Of a stretch of DNA of 64,000 nt, positions 9,042-17,843 are shown in pieces. The translations under genes and the position numbers were made by a program. Below the pieces are notes generated by a model. It searched no databases, had not been told where the DNA came from, and saw only the letters and a list, made by a program, of their open reading frames with translations. Numbering within the stretch: position 1 is the first letter of the stretch; every line of letters starts with the position of its first letter. The stretch comes from Oscillospiraceae bacterium (lineage in GTDB: Bacteria > Bacillota > Clostridia > Oscillospirales > Oscillospiraceae): contig JAFSZX010000019.1 in NCBI GenBank assembly GCA_017458825.1, positions 4,352 to 68,351 on the forward strand, given 5' to 3'.

Positions 9042-9984
9042 TACGGCGGCTTTGCTGGCGGGTTTTTTGCTGGATATATGGTTAGGCGATCCGCCCCAAT
9101 GGCCCCATCTGGTGCGGCTGTACGGCACTGCCGCCGCGTGGCTGGAGAAGCGGCTCTATCCTATGCGCAATAAGCGTCTGGCAGGGTTTTTGCTGGTGGC
9201 GTGTATGCTGTGTATCGGCGCGGGGATTCCGGCGGCGCTGTTGGCGCTGGCATGGCGGATCCATCCGTGGTGCTACGGTGCGGTATCGGCAATCCTCTGC
9301 TGGCAGTGTCTTGCCGCCAGAAGCTTACAAAAGGAGAGCCGGCAGGTCTACACCGCCTTACAGGGCGGCACGCTGCAACAGGCGCGTGACGCGGTGGGCA
9401 GGATCGTGGGGCGCGACACACAGGCGCTGGACGATCAGGGGGTGATCCGCGCCGCGGTGGAAACGGTGGCGGAGAACACCTCCGACGGAGAGATCGCGCC
9501 GCTATGGTACCTGATGCTGTTCGGCGCGGCAGGCGGCTGTCTTTATAAAACCGTCAATACCATGGATTCCATGTTCGGCTACCGTAACGACCGTTACCGA
9601 GACTTCGGGTTTTTTGCCGCCAAGCTGGACGACGTGCTGAACTATCTGCCGTCACGGCTTGCCGCGCTTTTAATGATCGGCGCCGCCGGCATGACGGGAC
9701 TGGACCCCTCCGGAGCGTGGCGCGTTTGGCGGCGTGACCGGCGCAAGCACGCCAGTCCCAATTCCGCCCAGACGGAGGCGGCGGCGGCCGGGGCGCTGGG
9801 GATCCGTCTGGCAGGCGACGCCTGCTACGGCGGTGTGCGACACCGGAAAGAGTGGATTGGCGACGATCTGCGCCCGGCGGCGGCAGAGGATATTCTGCTT
9901 GCCCACCGGCTGTTGTGGGGCGCGTCCGGTCTGATGCTGGGACTGGTGCTGTTGGAGAGGGTGTGTTGCTATGTTTGGCTGTGA
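9028..9984 (+). CDS. cbiB: Adenosylcobinamide-phosphate synthase
   Basis: IVGRDT, ETVAENTSDG, NTMDSMFGY and HASPNSA motifs; hydrophobic. Confidence 0.95.
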   Translation: MLLYDTAALLAGFLLDIWLGDPPQWPHLVRLYGTAAAWLEKRLYPMRNKRLAGFLLVACMLCIGAGIPAALLALAWRIHPWCYGAVSAILCWQCLAARSLQKESRQVYTALQGGTLQQARDAVGRIVGRDTQALDDQGVIRAAVETVAENTSDGEIAPLWYLMLFGAAGGCLYKTVNTMDSMFGYRNDRYRDFGFFAAKLDDVLNYLPSRLAALLMIGAAGMTGLDPSGAWRVWRRDRRKHASPNSAQTEAAAAGALGIRLAGDACYGGVRHRKEWIGDDLRPAAAEDILLAHRLLWGASGLMLGLVLLERVCCYVWL

Positions 9985-11008
9985 CCACGGCGGCGATATA
10001 TACGGCGACTTGCCGATCCGTCTGGATGCTTCCGTGAATACCAATCCGCTGGGTCTGCCGGAGCAGGTTTTGGCGGCGGTGCGAAACGGCGCGGCGGAGG
10101 ACGGACGCTATCCCGACCCGTACTGTCGGGCGCTGCGGGGCGCGTTGGCACGGCACCACGGCGTGACGCCGGAGCGGATCGTCTGCGGCGCCGGCGCGGC
10201 GGATCTCATCATGCGGATCTGCGCGTGGCTGCGGCCTCGCCGGATACTGGTACCGTCGCCCACGTTTTCCGAATACGCCCGCTGTGCCGCGCTGTTCGGC
10301 GCGAAGGTACAGGAGATACCCTTGCGCGCGGATCGCGGCTTCGCGCCGGACGAGACGTTTCTCGATGCGCTGACGCCGGAGATCGACGCGGTGTTTCTCT
10401 GCCAGCCCAATAACCCCACCGGACGGCTGTGGGAGGGTGAGCTGCCGGAGCGGATCATAAGACGGTGCCGGGAAAACGGCACGTATCTCATGGTAGATGA
10501 GTGTTTTTTGGACTTTACCGACGCGCCGTCGCTCCTGCCGCGGCAGGAAAGCTATGACCGGCTGCTGATCCTGCGGGCGTTCACGAAATTCTACGCCATG
10601 GCGGGTCTGCGGCTGGGGTATCTGGTCTGCCCTGACAGGATCCTGGCGGAGCATATCGCCGAATACGGCGCGGCGTGGAGCGTGTCGGCGCCGGCACAGC
10701 GGGCAGGGCTCGCGGCGCTGACGGCGCCCCTGTGGCGCGAGCGGACGGCGGCGCTGGTGGAAAAGGAGCGCCGGTATCTCACGCAGGCGCTGGGCGACAT
10801 GGGTGTTACGGTGTTTCCCGCCGCGGCGAATTTTCTCTTGTGCCGCGCGGAACGGGAGGTGTGGAAACCTCTGCTGGAGCGGGGGATCCTGGTGCGCCGC
10901 TGCGGCAATTTTACAGGACTGGACGATACGTATTTCCGCATCGGGATCAAAACGGAGGCGGAAAACCGGGAGCTGATCGAGGCGCTGCGGGAGGTGCTCA
11001 ATGGCTAA
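9971..11008 (+). CDS. cobD: L-threonine-O-3-phosphate decarboxylase (PLP, HisC-like)
   Basis: HGGD, SVNTNPLG, YPDP, PNNPTG and FTKFYAMAGLRLGY motifs; inside the cbi operon. Confidence 0.88.
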   Translation: MFGCDHGGDIYGDLPIRLDASVNTNPLGLPEQVLAAVRNGAAEDGRYPDPYCRALRGALARHHGVTPERIVCGAGAADLIMRICAWLRPRRILVPSPTFSEYARCAALFGAKVQEIPLRADRGFAPDETFLDALTPEIDAVFLCQPNNPTGRLWEGELPERIIRRCRENGTYLMVDECFLDFTDAPSLLPRQESYDRLLILRAFTKFYAMAGLRLGYLVCPDRILAEHIAEYGAAWSVSAPAQRAGLAALTAPLWRERTAALVEKERRYLTQALGDMGVTVFPAAANFLLCRAEREVWKPLLERGILVRRCGNFTGLDDTYFRIGIKTEAENRELIEALREVLNG

Positions 11009-12491
11009 AGTCATCATGGTACAGGGAACGATGTCCGGCGTGGGAAAGAGTCTTCTCACGGCGGGGCTTTGCCGCGTGTTCCACCGGCGCGGGCTGCGCG
11101 TGGCGCCCTTTAAAAGCCAGAACATGGCGCTCAATTCCTTTATTACCCGCGAGGGACTGGAGATGGGCAGGGCGCAGGTGGTGCAGGCGGAAGCCTGCGG
11201 CGCGGAGCCGTCGGTGCTGATGAATCCGATTTTGCTAAAGCCGGTGACGGACGTAGGGTCCCAGGTGATCGTAAACGGCGAGGTGCTGGGCAACTATTCC
11301 GCCGCGGCGTATTTTGCCATGAAAAAAACGCTGATCCCCCATATTATGGACGCCTTTGAAACGCTCAACGCGCAAAACGACGTGATCGTCATAGAGGGCG
11401 CCGGCTCTCCGGCGGAGATCAATCTCAAGCAGGACGACATCGTGAACATGGGGCTTGCCAAAATGGTGGGCGCGCCGGTTTTGCTGGTGGGCGACATTGA
11501 CCGGGGCGGCGTATTCGCCCAGCTATACGGCACGGTGGCGCTGTTGGACGAGGCGGAACGGCGGCTTGTCCGCGCCACGGTCATCAACAAATTTCGGGGC
11601 GATCCGGCGATTTTGCGGCCGGGACTGCGGCAGCTGGAGGCGTTGACCGGAAAGCCGGTGGCAGGCGTTTTGCCGTATCTTTCCGTAGACCTGGAGGATG
11701 AGGACAGCCTGACCCGACGCTTTGTCCGACGGGGGCAGGCGTTGTTGGATATCGCGGTGGCGCGCTTGCCCCATATCGCCAATTTCACCGATTTTACCGC
11801 GCTGGAAGCCACGGAGGGCGTGGCGGTGCGGTACGTGGATTCGGTGCGGGAGCTGGGCGAGCCGGATCTTGTGATCCTGCCGGGCACCAAGAGTACCATC
11901 GCCGATCTGCTGTGGCTGCGGCAATGCGGTCTGGAGGCGGCGATCCGGAAGCTGGCATCCGCCGGAACGCCGGTGTGCGGTATCTGCGGAGGATACCAGA
12001 TGCTGGGGCGGCGCATCACCGACGATTGCGGCGCCGAGAGCGGCGGCAGTGTGGCGGGGATGGGTTTGCTTCCGGTGGTTACGGAATTTTCCGGCGAAAA
12101 GCGGCGCACCCGAACGGGAGGGACGATCCTGACCTGCCGGGCACTATCGGAGCTTACCGGCGCGACGGTGGAGGGCTATGAGATCCACATGGGCAGGACG
12201 CGTCTCGCCCCCGACGCCGTGCCGCTTCTCACCCTGGACGGCGGAGGCGAGGACGGCTGTGTGGAAGGCGCGGTGTGGGGCAGTTATCTCCACGGCTTTT
12301 TCGACACGGAATCCTGCCGCACGGCGCTTTTGCGCCTTTTGTGCCGCCGCAAAGGGATCGACCCGTCGGCACTGACCGCCTTCGACTATGCCGCCTATAA
12401 GCGGCGGCAGTTCGACTTGCTGGCGGACGCGGTAGAACAGCATCTTGACATGGAACAGATCGACCGGATACTGGAGGAGGGAGTCAGATGA
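11001..12491 (+). CDS. cbiP: Cobyric acid synthase (CbiP/CobQ)
   Basis: QGTMSGVGKS, PFKSQNMALNS, EGAGSPAEINL, GYEIHMG and YLHG motifs. Confidence 0.96.
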   Translation: MAKVIMVQGTMSGVGKSLLTAGLCRVFHRRGLRVAPFKSQNMALNSFITREGLEMGRAQVVQAEACGAEPSVLMNPILLKPVTDVGSQVIVNGEVLGNYSAAAYFAMKKTLIPHIMDAFETLNAQNDVIVIEGAGSPAEINLKQDDIVNMGLAKMVGAPVLLVGDIDRGGVFAQLYGTVALLDEAERRLVRATVINKFRGDPAILRPGLRQLEALTGKPVAGVLPYLSVDLEDEDSLTRRFVRRGQALLDIAVARLPHIANFTDFTALEATEGVAVRYVDSVRELGEPDLVILPGTKSTIADLLWLRQCGLEAAIRKLASAGTPVCGICGGYQMLGRRITDDCGAESGGSVAGMGLLPVVTEFSGEKRRTRTGGTILTCRALSELTGATVEGYEIHMGRTRLAPDAVPLLTLDGGGEDGCVEGAVWGSYLHGFFDTESCRTALLRLLCRRKGIDPSALTAFDYAAYKRRQFDLLADAVEQHLDMEQIDRILEEGVR

Positions 12492-13117
12492 AGCACCGTT
12501 TTGAGAACGTCACGCCCAAGGAGATCGAGACGAGGAGTTTCCAGATCATCGCCGGAGAGCTTCCCCATCCGCTGGAGGAGGAGCTGGCGCCGGTCATCAT
12601 GCGGGTGATCCACACCACGGCGGATTTTGACTATGCCGACAATCTTTGCTTCTCGCCCGGGGCGGTGGGAAAGGGGCTGGACGCCATCCGGCGCGGCGCG
12701 TGTATCGTCACCGATACCAATATGGGCAAGGCGGGGATCAACAAGGCGGCGCTCCAGCGACACGGCGGCGAGGTGTTCTGCTTCATGGCGGACGAGGACG
12801 TGGCGCGTGCCGCCGCCGAGCACGGCACCACCCGCGCCGCGGCGTCTATGGATAAGGCGGCGAAGATCGACCGACCGCTGATCTTCGCCATCGGCAACGC
12901 GCCTACGGCGCTGATCCGCCTGCGGGAGCTGATGGACGCCGGCGCGGTGCGACCGGAGCTGGTGATCGGTGTGCCGGTGGGGTTTGTCAACGTGGTACCC
13001 GCCAAGGAACTGGTGATGGAAGCCGACGTGCCGTATATCGTGGCACGGGGACGCAAGGGCGGCAGTAACGTAGCCGCCGCCATCTGCAACGCACTTTTAT
13101 ACCAATTAGGCCGCTGA
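12488..13117 (+). CDS. cbiC: Cobalt-precorrin-8 methylmutase (CbiC/CobH)
   Basis: RVIHTTADF, IGNAPTAL, GVPVGFV and GRKGGS motifs. Confidence 0.95.
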   Translation: MKHRFENVTPKEIETRSFQIIAGELPHPLEEELAPVIMRVIHTTADFDYADNLCFSPGAVGKGLDAIRRGACIVTDTNMGKAGINKAALQRHGGEVFCFMADEDVARAAAEHGTTRAAASMDKAAKIDRPLIFAIGNAPTALIRLRELMDAGAVRPELVIGVPVGFVNVVPAKELVMEADVPYIVARGRKGGSNVAAAICNALLYQLGR

Positions 13118-13201
13118 TAGACCCGTATTTCCCTGTAAAGGCGAAAAATCCCTTTTATTTTCCGACGCGGTGTGGTACAATAACGCGGCAGGAGGGAGCT
13201 T

Positions 13202-14074
13202 ATGGGAAAAACTGGGAAAAAATCGACAGGATTCTGGGCGGCGGCGCGGCAAATGCTGGAGCGGTATTACATACACGACGTGGCGCGTATGACAGCGGCG
13301 CTGACCTACTACCTGCTCTTTGCCGTATTCCCTCTGCTGATCTTCATCAGCATGGTGCTGGGCGCACTGGCGCTGGACGTGGAGGGGATTGTGCGGATGC
13401 TGGAAACGCTGGTGCCGCCGGCGGTGGTCAGCGTGATCCGCAGTTATCTGGAATACGTTTCCGGCAATACCAGCCGGCAGTTGATGTGGTTTTGTCTGGT
13501 GTTCTCCATCTGGTTCCCCATGCGCGCCACCGGATGCCTGATGCAGTCCATGCGCCGCGCCTACGGGTTCGATGAGCCGGAGAATATCCTCAAGGCGCAG
13601 GTGAGCACGCTGCTCTTTTCGGTGGGACTGATCGTGACCATCGTGGTCAGCGCACTGTTGAGCGTGGCAGGCAGGCGTGTATTGAACTTTGTGTCCCAAC
13701 TGGTGGCGCTGCCTGACGGATTTACCGCCGCGTGGGGATACCTCCGCTTCGCGCTGATGGCGCTCCTGGCGGCGCTGATGCTCTCGGCACTGCACATGCT
13801 GGCGCTGGGAAGGCGCATGACGCTGCGGCAGATCCTGCCCGGCGTGGGGATGTCGGTGGTGTCGTGGCTGCTGGTGAGCCTGGCGTTTTCCTACTACGTG
13901 GAACATTTCGCGCACTATACGGAGCTGTACGGCTCCATCGCCACCATCGTGGTGTCGCTGCTCTGGCTCTATATGAGCGGCGCGGTGCTGATTTTAGGCG
14001 GCGAGCTGAACGGCACGCTGCTGCATATGTATCCCAAGCACTTTTCATGGACGTGGAACGGGAAAGGAACGTAA
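13202..14074 (+). CDS. YihY/virulence factor BrkB family membrane protein
   Basis: AALTYYLLFAVFP and YGSIATIVVSLLWLY motifs; multiple TMs. Confidence 0.88.
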   Translation: MGKTGKKSTGFWAAARQMLERYYIHDVARMTAALTYYLLFAVFPLLIFISMVLGALALDVEGIVRMLETLVPPAVVSVIRSYLEYVSGNTSRQLMWFCLVFSIWFPMRATGCLMQSMRRAYGFDEPENILKAQVSTLLFSVGLIVTIVVSALLSVAGRRVLNFVSQLVALPDGFTAAWGYLRFALMALLAALMLSALHMLALGRRMTLRQILPGVGMSVVSWLLVSLAFSYYVEHFAHYTELYGSIATIVVSLLWLYMSGAVLILGGELNGTLLHMYPKHFSWTWNGKGT

Positions 14075-14075
14075 G

Positions 14076-15434
14076 ATGAAAATTATCATTGTGGGCAACG
14101 GAAAAGTGGGTTACGCCATCGCGACCCAGATGGCGCAGGAGAACCACGATATCGTGATGGTGGACTCCGCCGCCGCCGCACTGCGGAAAGCGGACAGTAC
14201 GCTGGACATCATGTGCGTGGAGGGGAACGGCGCCAGTATCAGCGTGTTGATCGAGGCGGGCGTACGGCAGGCGGATCTGGTGATCGCCGTGACGGATAAG
14301 GACGAGACGAATCTGGTGTGCTGCCTGATCGCCAAGAAACTGGGCGCGCGCCATACCATCGCGCGGGTGCGGAATCCGGAATACCGGCGCGACGCGGATA
14401 CCCTCAAACAGGAGATCGGACTGGATATGGTCATCAACCCCGATCTGGGCGCCGCCAAGGAGATCGCCCGTATCTTAAGCTTCCCCACGGCGTTTTCCGT
14501 GGAGCCGTTTGCCCAGGGGCGCGTGGATATGATCGGCTTCCACGTGGAGGAGGGCGACGCGATCGCCGGCGTGACGCTGGGCGATTTTCGCCGCGCGCGG
14601 TTGGCAAACGTGCTGGTGTGCGCCGCCGAGCACGGCAGTGAGATCCTGATCCCCGACGGTAGTTTTGCCCCGCAGCCCGGGGACAAGCTCTATATGGTGG
14701 GCAGTAAGCCGGAGCTGCAAAAAATGCTCCGCGCCATCGGCAGGACGCAACAGAGGGTGAAGATCGTTTCCGTGCTGGGCGGCAGTCGCACGGCGGTGTA
14801 TCTCGCCTGGGAGCTGGCGCGGGTGGGGATCAAGGTGCGCGTGGTGGAGATCAGCGGCGAAAAATGCGTGCGTCTTGCCTCTCAACTGCCGGACGCCATG
14901 ATCATCGAGGGCGACGGAACGGACGCCGATCTTTTGCGCAGTGAGAATATTTTTGAGGCGGACGCCTTCGTGTCCCTGACGGGACGGGACGAGGAGAACC
15001 TGCTGATGGCGCTTAACGCACAGCGGTTCGGCGTTGGCAAGGTGATCGCCAAGATGACCCGACCCAACTATATCGAGCTGGTGCGCGATACCGGCGTGGA
15101 CAGCATCATCTCACCCCGTGACATTACCGCCAACCAGATCACGCGCTACGTGCGCGCCCTTGCCAACAGCGAGGGCAGCGCGGTGGAGAGCCTTTACAAG
15201 ATGCTCGACGGCACGGTGGAGGCGCTGGAATTTACCGCCACCGCCGCCAGCGCCGCCGTGTTGAACCGGCCGCTGAAGGATCTGCCTTTGCGGCGGGGAC
15301 TGTTGCTGGCGGCGATCGCCAGAGGACAGGAGATCATCATTCCCGGCGGCACCACCTCCTTGCAGGAGGGGGATCGGGTAGTGGTGGTCACCCGGGCGGC
15401 AGGCTTGAACGATCTGGTGGATATTTTGGCATAA
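14076..15434 (+). CDS. trkA: Trk K+ uptake NAD-binding subunit
   Basis: Two RCK modules (GNGKVG; GGSRTA), DETN/DEEN motifs, 452 aa. Confidence 0.95.
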   Translation: MKIIIVGNGKVGYAIATQMAQENHDIVMVDSAAAALRKADSTLDIMCVEGNGASISVLIEAGVRQADLVIAVTDKDETNLVCCLIAKKLGARHTIARVRNPEYRRDADTLKQEIGLDMVINPDLGAAKEIARILSFPTAFSVEPFAQGRVDMIGFHVEEGDAIAGVTLGDFRRARLANVLVCAAEHGSEILIPDGSFAPQPGDKLYMVGSKPELQKMLRAIGRTQQRVKIVSVLGGSRTAVYLAWELARVGIKVRVVEISGEKCVRLASQLPDAMIIEGDGTDADLLRSENIFEADAFVSLTGRDEENLLMALNAQRFGVGKVIAKMTRPNYIELVRDTGVDSIISPRDITANQITRYVRALANSEGSAVESLYKMLDGTVEALEFTATAASAAVLNRPLKDLPLRRGLLLAAIARGQEIIIPGGTTSLQEGDRVVVVTRAAGLNDLVDILA

Positions 15435-15445
15435 GAAAGAAGATA

Positions 15446-15488
15446 ACGCGCCGGAACAGAGTGAGAAGCTCCGTTCCGGCGCGTTTTT
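15446..15488 (+). terminator. Intrinsic terminator after trkA
   Basis: ACGCGCCGGAAC...GTTCCGGCGCGT-TTTT. Confidence 0.7.
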
Positions 15489-16155
15489 ATGCGCCTGATA
15501 GCGGCAGACGCGGTCCCAATTCCTCATCGTAAGGGACGCGGAACACCGGCACGCCCTCTACGGCAGGGGCGATGGCGTACATCTGATAGTATAAGCACAG
15601 CGACTCCGGTGTCAGATAGATCCGCTCGGCGGAAAAATCGGCGTATAACCGACGCCGCCAATCGGGATGATAGAGGGAGACCCCGTCGGCGATCTGGCGG
15701 CGGATCTGGCGCGACACCTCGCGTAACAGAGCCCGACGCCAGTGGACGCCGGCAGGAAACAGCGCGCCGGCGGGCACAGGCGCGTCGGCGGAGAGATCCC
15801 ACGTGTCGGCGCGGCGCAAAACAGTGCGCTTGCCGTCCAGACACTCCGCCGTGTCGGTGTAGAGGCTCAATAGCGGAAACTGTTCCAGCGTTACGGTGGT
15901 ATCCAGCGTGATCTGCCACGCGGGGATGGCGCCGCCCTGCTCTGATGCCAGGGCATACGCCGCTTGTGCCATGGGCAGCAGTACCTTGCGGCAGTAAGTA
16001 AAAAACGCGCGGCGATAGGCGTCATAATAGCGGTTGAAGCGGCAGGCGCCTTCCAGACGGGGCAGGCGGCATTGCGCGCTCAAAAGCGGCAGATCCTCCG
16101 GCGGAAACTCTTGTTTTTCATCGGTAAAGGAAAGCGATCCCTGCAATGAAAGCAC
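15487..16155 (-). CDS. DUF3298/RsiV-like domain protein, no signal peptide
   Basis: C-terminal IYLTPESLCLYYQMYAIAPAVEGVPVF pattern; GTG start. Confidence 0.65.
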   Translation of the reverse strand: MLSLQGSLSFTDEKQEFPPEDLPLLSAQCRLPRLEGACRFNRYYDAYRRAFFTYCRKVLLPMAQAAYALASEQGGAIPAWQITLDTTVTLEQFPLLSLYTDTAECLDGKRTVLRRADTWDLSADAPVPAGALFPAGVHWRRALLREVSRQIRRQIADGVSLYHPDWRRRLYADFSAERIYLTPESLCLYYQMYAIAPAVEGVPVFRVPYDEELGPRLPLSGA

Positions 16156-16250
16156 CCCTTTGCCCTTTTGTTCTGTACCAATCTATGTCAAAGACGCGCC
16201 GCGGGTGAAGCGGCGGCGGAGGAAAAATCCGCCTCTTTTTTGTTTTTTGC

Positions 16251-16278
16251 TTGACAAACGGTTGAACTTTGGTATAAT
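16251..16278 (+). promoter_or_regulatory. Sigma-A promoter for tRNA-Ser
   Basis: TTGACA-N16-TATAAT with extended TG. Confidence 0.8.
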
Positions 16279-16323
16279 AACCCATGTTGCGGATACAGTA
16301 TACACAGGGTACGCCGCGGAAAT

Positions 16324-16415
16324 GCAGTGGTATCGAAGTGGTCATAACGAGCACGACTGGAAATCGTGTTGTCGTCAAAAGCGGCACGAGGGTTCGAATC
16401 CCTCCCACTGCGCCA
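16324..16415 (+). tRNA. tRNA-Ser (anticodon GGA), long variable arm
   Basis: Acceptor GCAGTGG/CCACTGC-G-CCA; anticodon arm CACGA-CTGGAAA-TCGTG; T-arm GAGGG-TTCGAAT-CCCTC. Confidence 0.95.
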
Positions 16416-16421
16416 AAAAAG

Positions 16422-16510
16422 CACCGCCCGAGAGGGCGGTGTTTTTTTGCGCGGTGGGCGAAGCGGGATTCGAAACGAACTCCGAACGCCGGGGCGCGAA
16501 GCGGCGAGGG
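16422..16510 (+). repeat. 89-bp direct repeat, copy 1 (includes the tRNA terminator CACCGCCC-GAGA-GGGCGGTG-T7)
   Basis: Matches 17650-17738 with 3 mismatches. Confidence 0.9.
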
Positions 16511-16556
16511 GTTCGGCAGCCGACAGTCCGGTGGACTGTCGGCGCAGTGAGAGGAA

Positions 16557-16575
16557 AATCCCTCCCACTGCGCCA
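16557..16575 (+). repeat. Duplicated tRNA-Ser 3' end (att-like)
   Basis: AATCCCTCCCACTGCGCCA is identical to 16397-16415. Confidence 0.9.
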
Positions 16576-16577
16576 TG

Positions 16578-16615
16578 AAAGACTCATCTTTTGTTTACCA
16601 AAAGATGAGTCTTTT
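16578..16615 (+). terminator. Hairpin/terminator after the tRNA 3'-end copy
   Basis: AAAGACTCATCTTTTG-TTTAC-CAAAAGATGAGTCTTT(T). Confidence 0.7.
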
Positions 16616-16844
16616 CAACTAAATCCGTCCTCTCGGACGGGTGAAATCCGCCTACGGTGGGTGAAATCCGCCTACGGTGGGTGAAATCCGCCTACGGTGG
16701 GTGAAATCACTGCGTGGTAAAATCCGCACTTCGTGCGGGTTAAGGACGGATTTAATTTCACCGAAGTCGCAGACTTCGATTTCACCTGAGGGGAAAAGCC
16801 CGAAGATTTCACCGCGGCTTCGCCGCGATTTCACTGTTGAAAAG
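16611..16844. repeat. Structured repeat ladder: 4x GTGAAAT+hairpin, then 4x ATTTCAC separated by hairpins, closed by CTTTTCAAC/GTTGAAAAG
   Basis: GTGAAAT at 16641/16661/16681/16701 (three exact 20-bp tandem units); ATTTCAC at 16755/16779/16806/16828. Confidence 0.85.
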
Positions 16845-16912
16845 CTCGTCTGTTTAATGTATAGTATATGTTATGACAATATAATGATATATGGGATTGG
16901 AGAGAAGAATAT

Positions 16913-17560
16913 TTGACAGAGAAGAAACTCATAGAAATGATTGAAAAGATGCAACAGACTTCTTTTTCATCGGATTCAAGCAAAAGCGTTTCTTGGTGTG
17001 CATATAGGGAAGCAGAAAAGTTGGATGACCCCTCTCTTCTTCCTGTTTTGTGCGAAATAATCACGGATAATAATTCAGAAAACGAAAAAGGTGTTAGGAG
17101 AAGCGCTTATTTTATTATGATTTCATTACTTGAGAAAGCAATGATTCCTCAGTATTGTCAGTTCGTTATAGATATGCTTGAAAAAGAAACCGATAAATAT
17201 GTTTTGGAAAGTATGCTTAGCTGCATTGGACGAAAGTTGAAAATACCGGCAGAAGTTGATATAACTCCTCTGATCGAGTGCACCAAAAGCGATAAATGGC
17301 TTATTCGCCACAGCGCGATTTCAGCACTCCGTGCATCCAATACAGAAGCATGTCGCGAGGCCGTTCGTTCATGGGTAAGGCAAACAGATGAAAAAGCATA
17401 TAAATACGAGATTATTTACGCAATATCTTCCCTTTCAATAATCGGTGATATGAATGATATTGAATTATTGGAGCAGCATATCCATTCCCGAATTCGGGAT
17501 ATTAAAGGTAGTGCTTTGTTTGCGATAAATTGCATTCAAGCCAAAAGCAACGGTATTTGA
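16913..17560 (+). CDS. HEAT-repeat-like protein, AT-rich cargo gene
   Basis: Repeating motifs (VRRSAYFIM, LIRHSAISAL, IKGSALFAI); visibly low GC; promoter TTGAAA-N17-TATAGT at 16837-16865. Confidence 0.7.
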   Translation: MTEKKLIEMIEKMQQTSFSSDSSKSVSWCAYREAEKLDDPSLLPVLCEIITDNNSENEKGVRRSAYFIMISLLEKAMIPQYCQFVIDMLEKETDKYVLESMLSCIGRKLKIPAEVDITPLIECTKSDKWLIRHSAISALRASNTEACREAVRSWVRQTDEKAYKYEIIYAISSLSIIGDMNDIELLEQHIHSRIRDIKGSALFAINCIQAKSNGI

Positions 17561-17649
17561 CAGTTTTAGATTCATCAAGATAAAAGTATGTATCATTTTG
17601 GCTGACTTTCTATGGTTTATGTATCATTATGGCTGACTTATACAAAAAA

Positions 17650-17738
17650 CACCGCCCGAGAGGGCGGTGTTTTTTTGCGTGGTGGGCGAAGCGGGACTCG
17701 AAACGAACTCCGGACGCCGGGGCGCGAAGCGGCGAGGG
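17650..17738 (+). repeat. 89-bp direct repeat, copy 2
   Basis: Matches 16422-16510. Confidence 0.9.
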
Positions 17739-17843
17739 AGGAGAAAATCAAGCGGAAAGTCTTGCATTTACGGCGCAAAGCGCCTATAATAATCCAGTTG
17801 ATTTTAGCCCAAACCCATTTACCCGAAGAAAGGGGTCATTTCT

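Noticed and set aside
9554-11293. 579-aa antisense ORF (and similar: 24425-25867, 25471-27123, 44729-46285, 53174-54631, 58793-60793)
   Set aside because: Shadow frames opposite well-supported genes, expected at high GC; no recognisable motifs.
16540-16575. Second tRNA gene
   Set aside because: Only the last 19 nt match; there is no D or anticodon arm.
16641-16707. 20-bp tandem repeat as a CRISPR array
   Set aside because: The units abut with no unique spacers and no cas genes are in the window; it is treated as part of the hairpin ladder.
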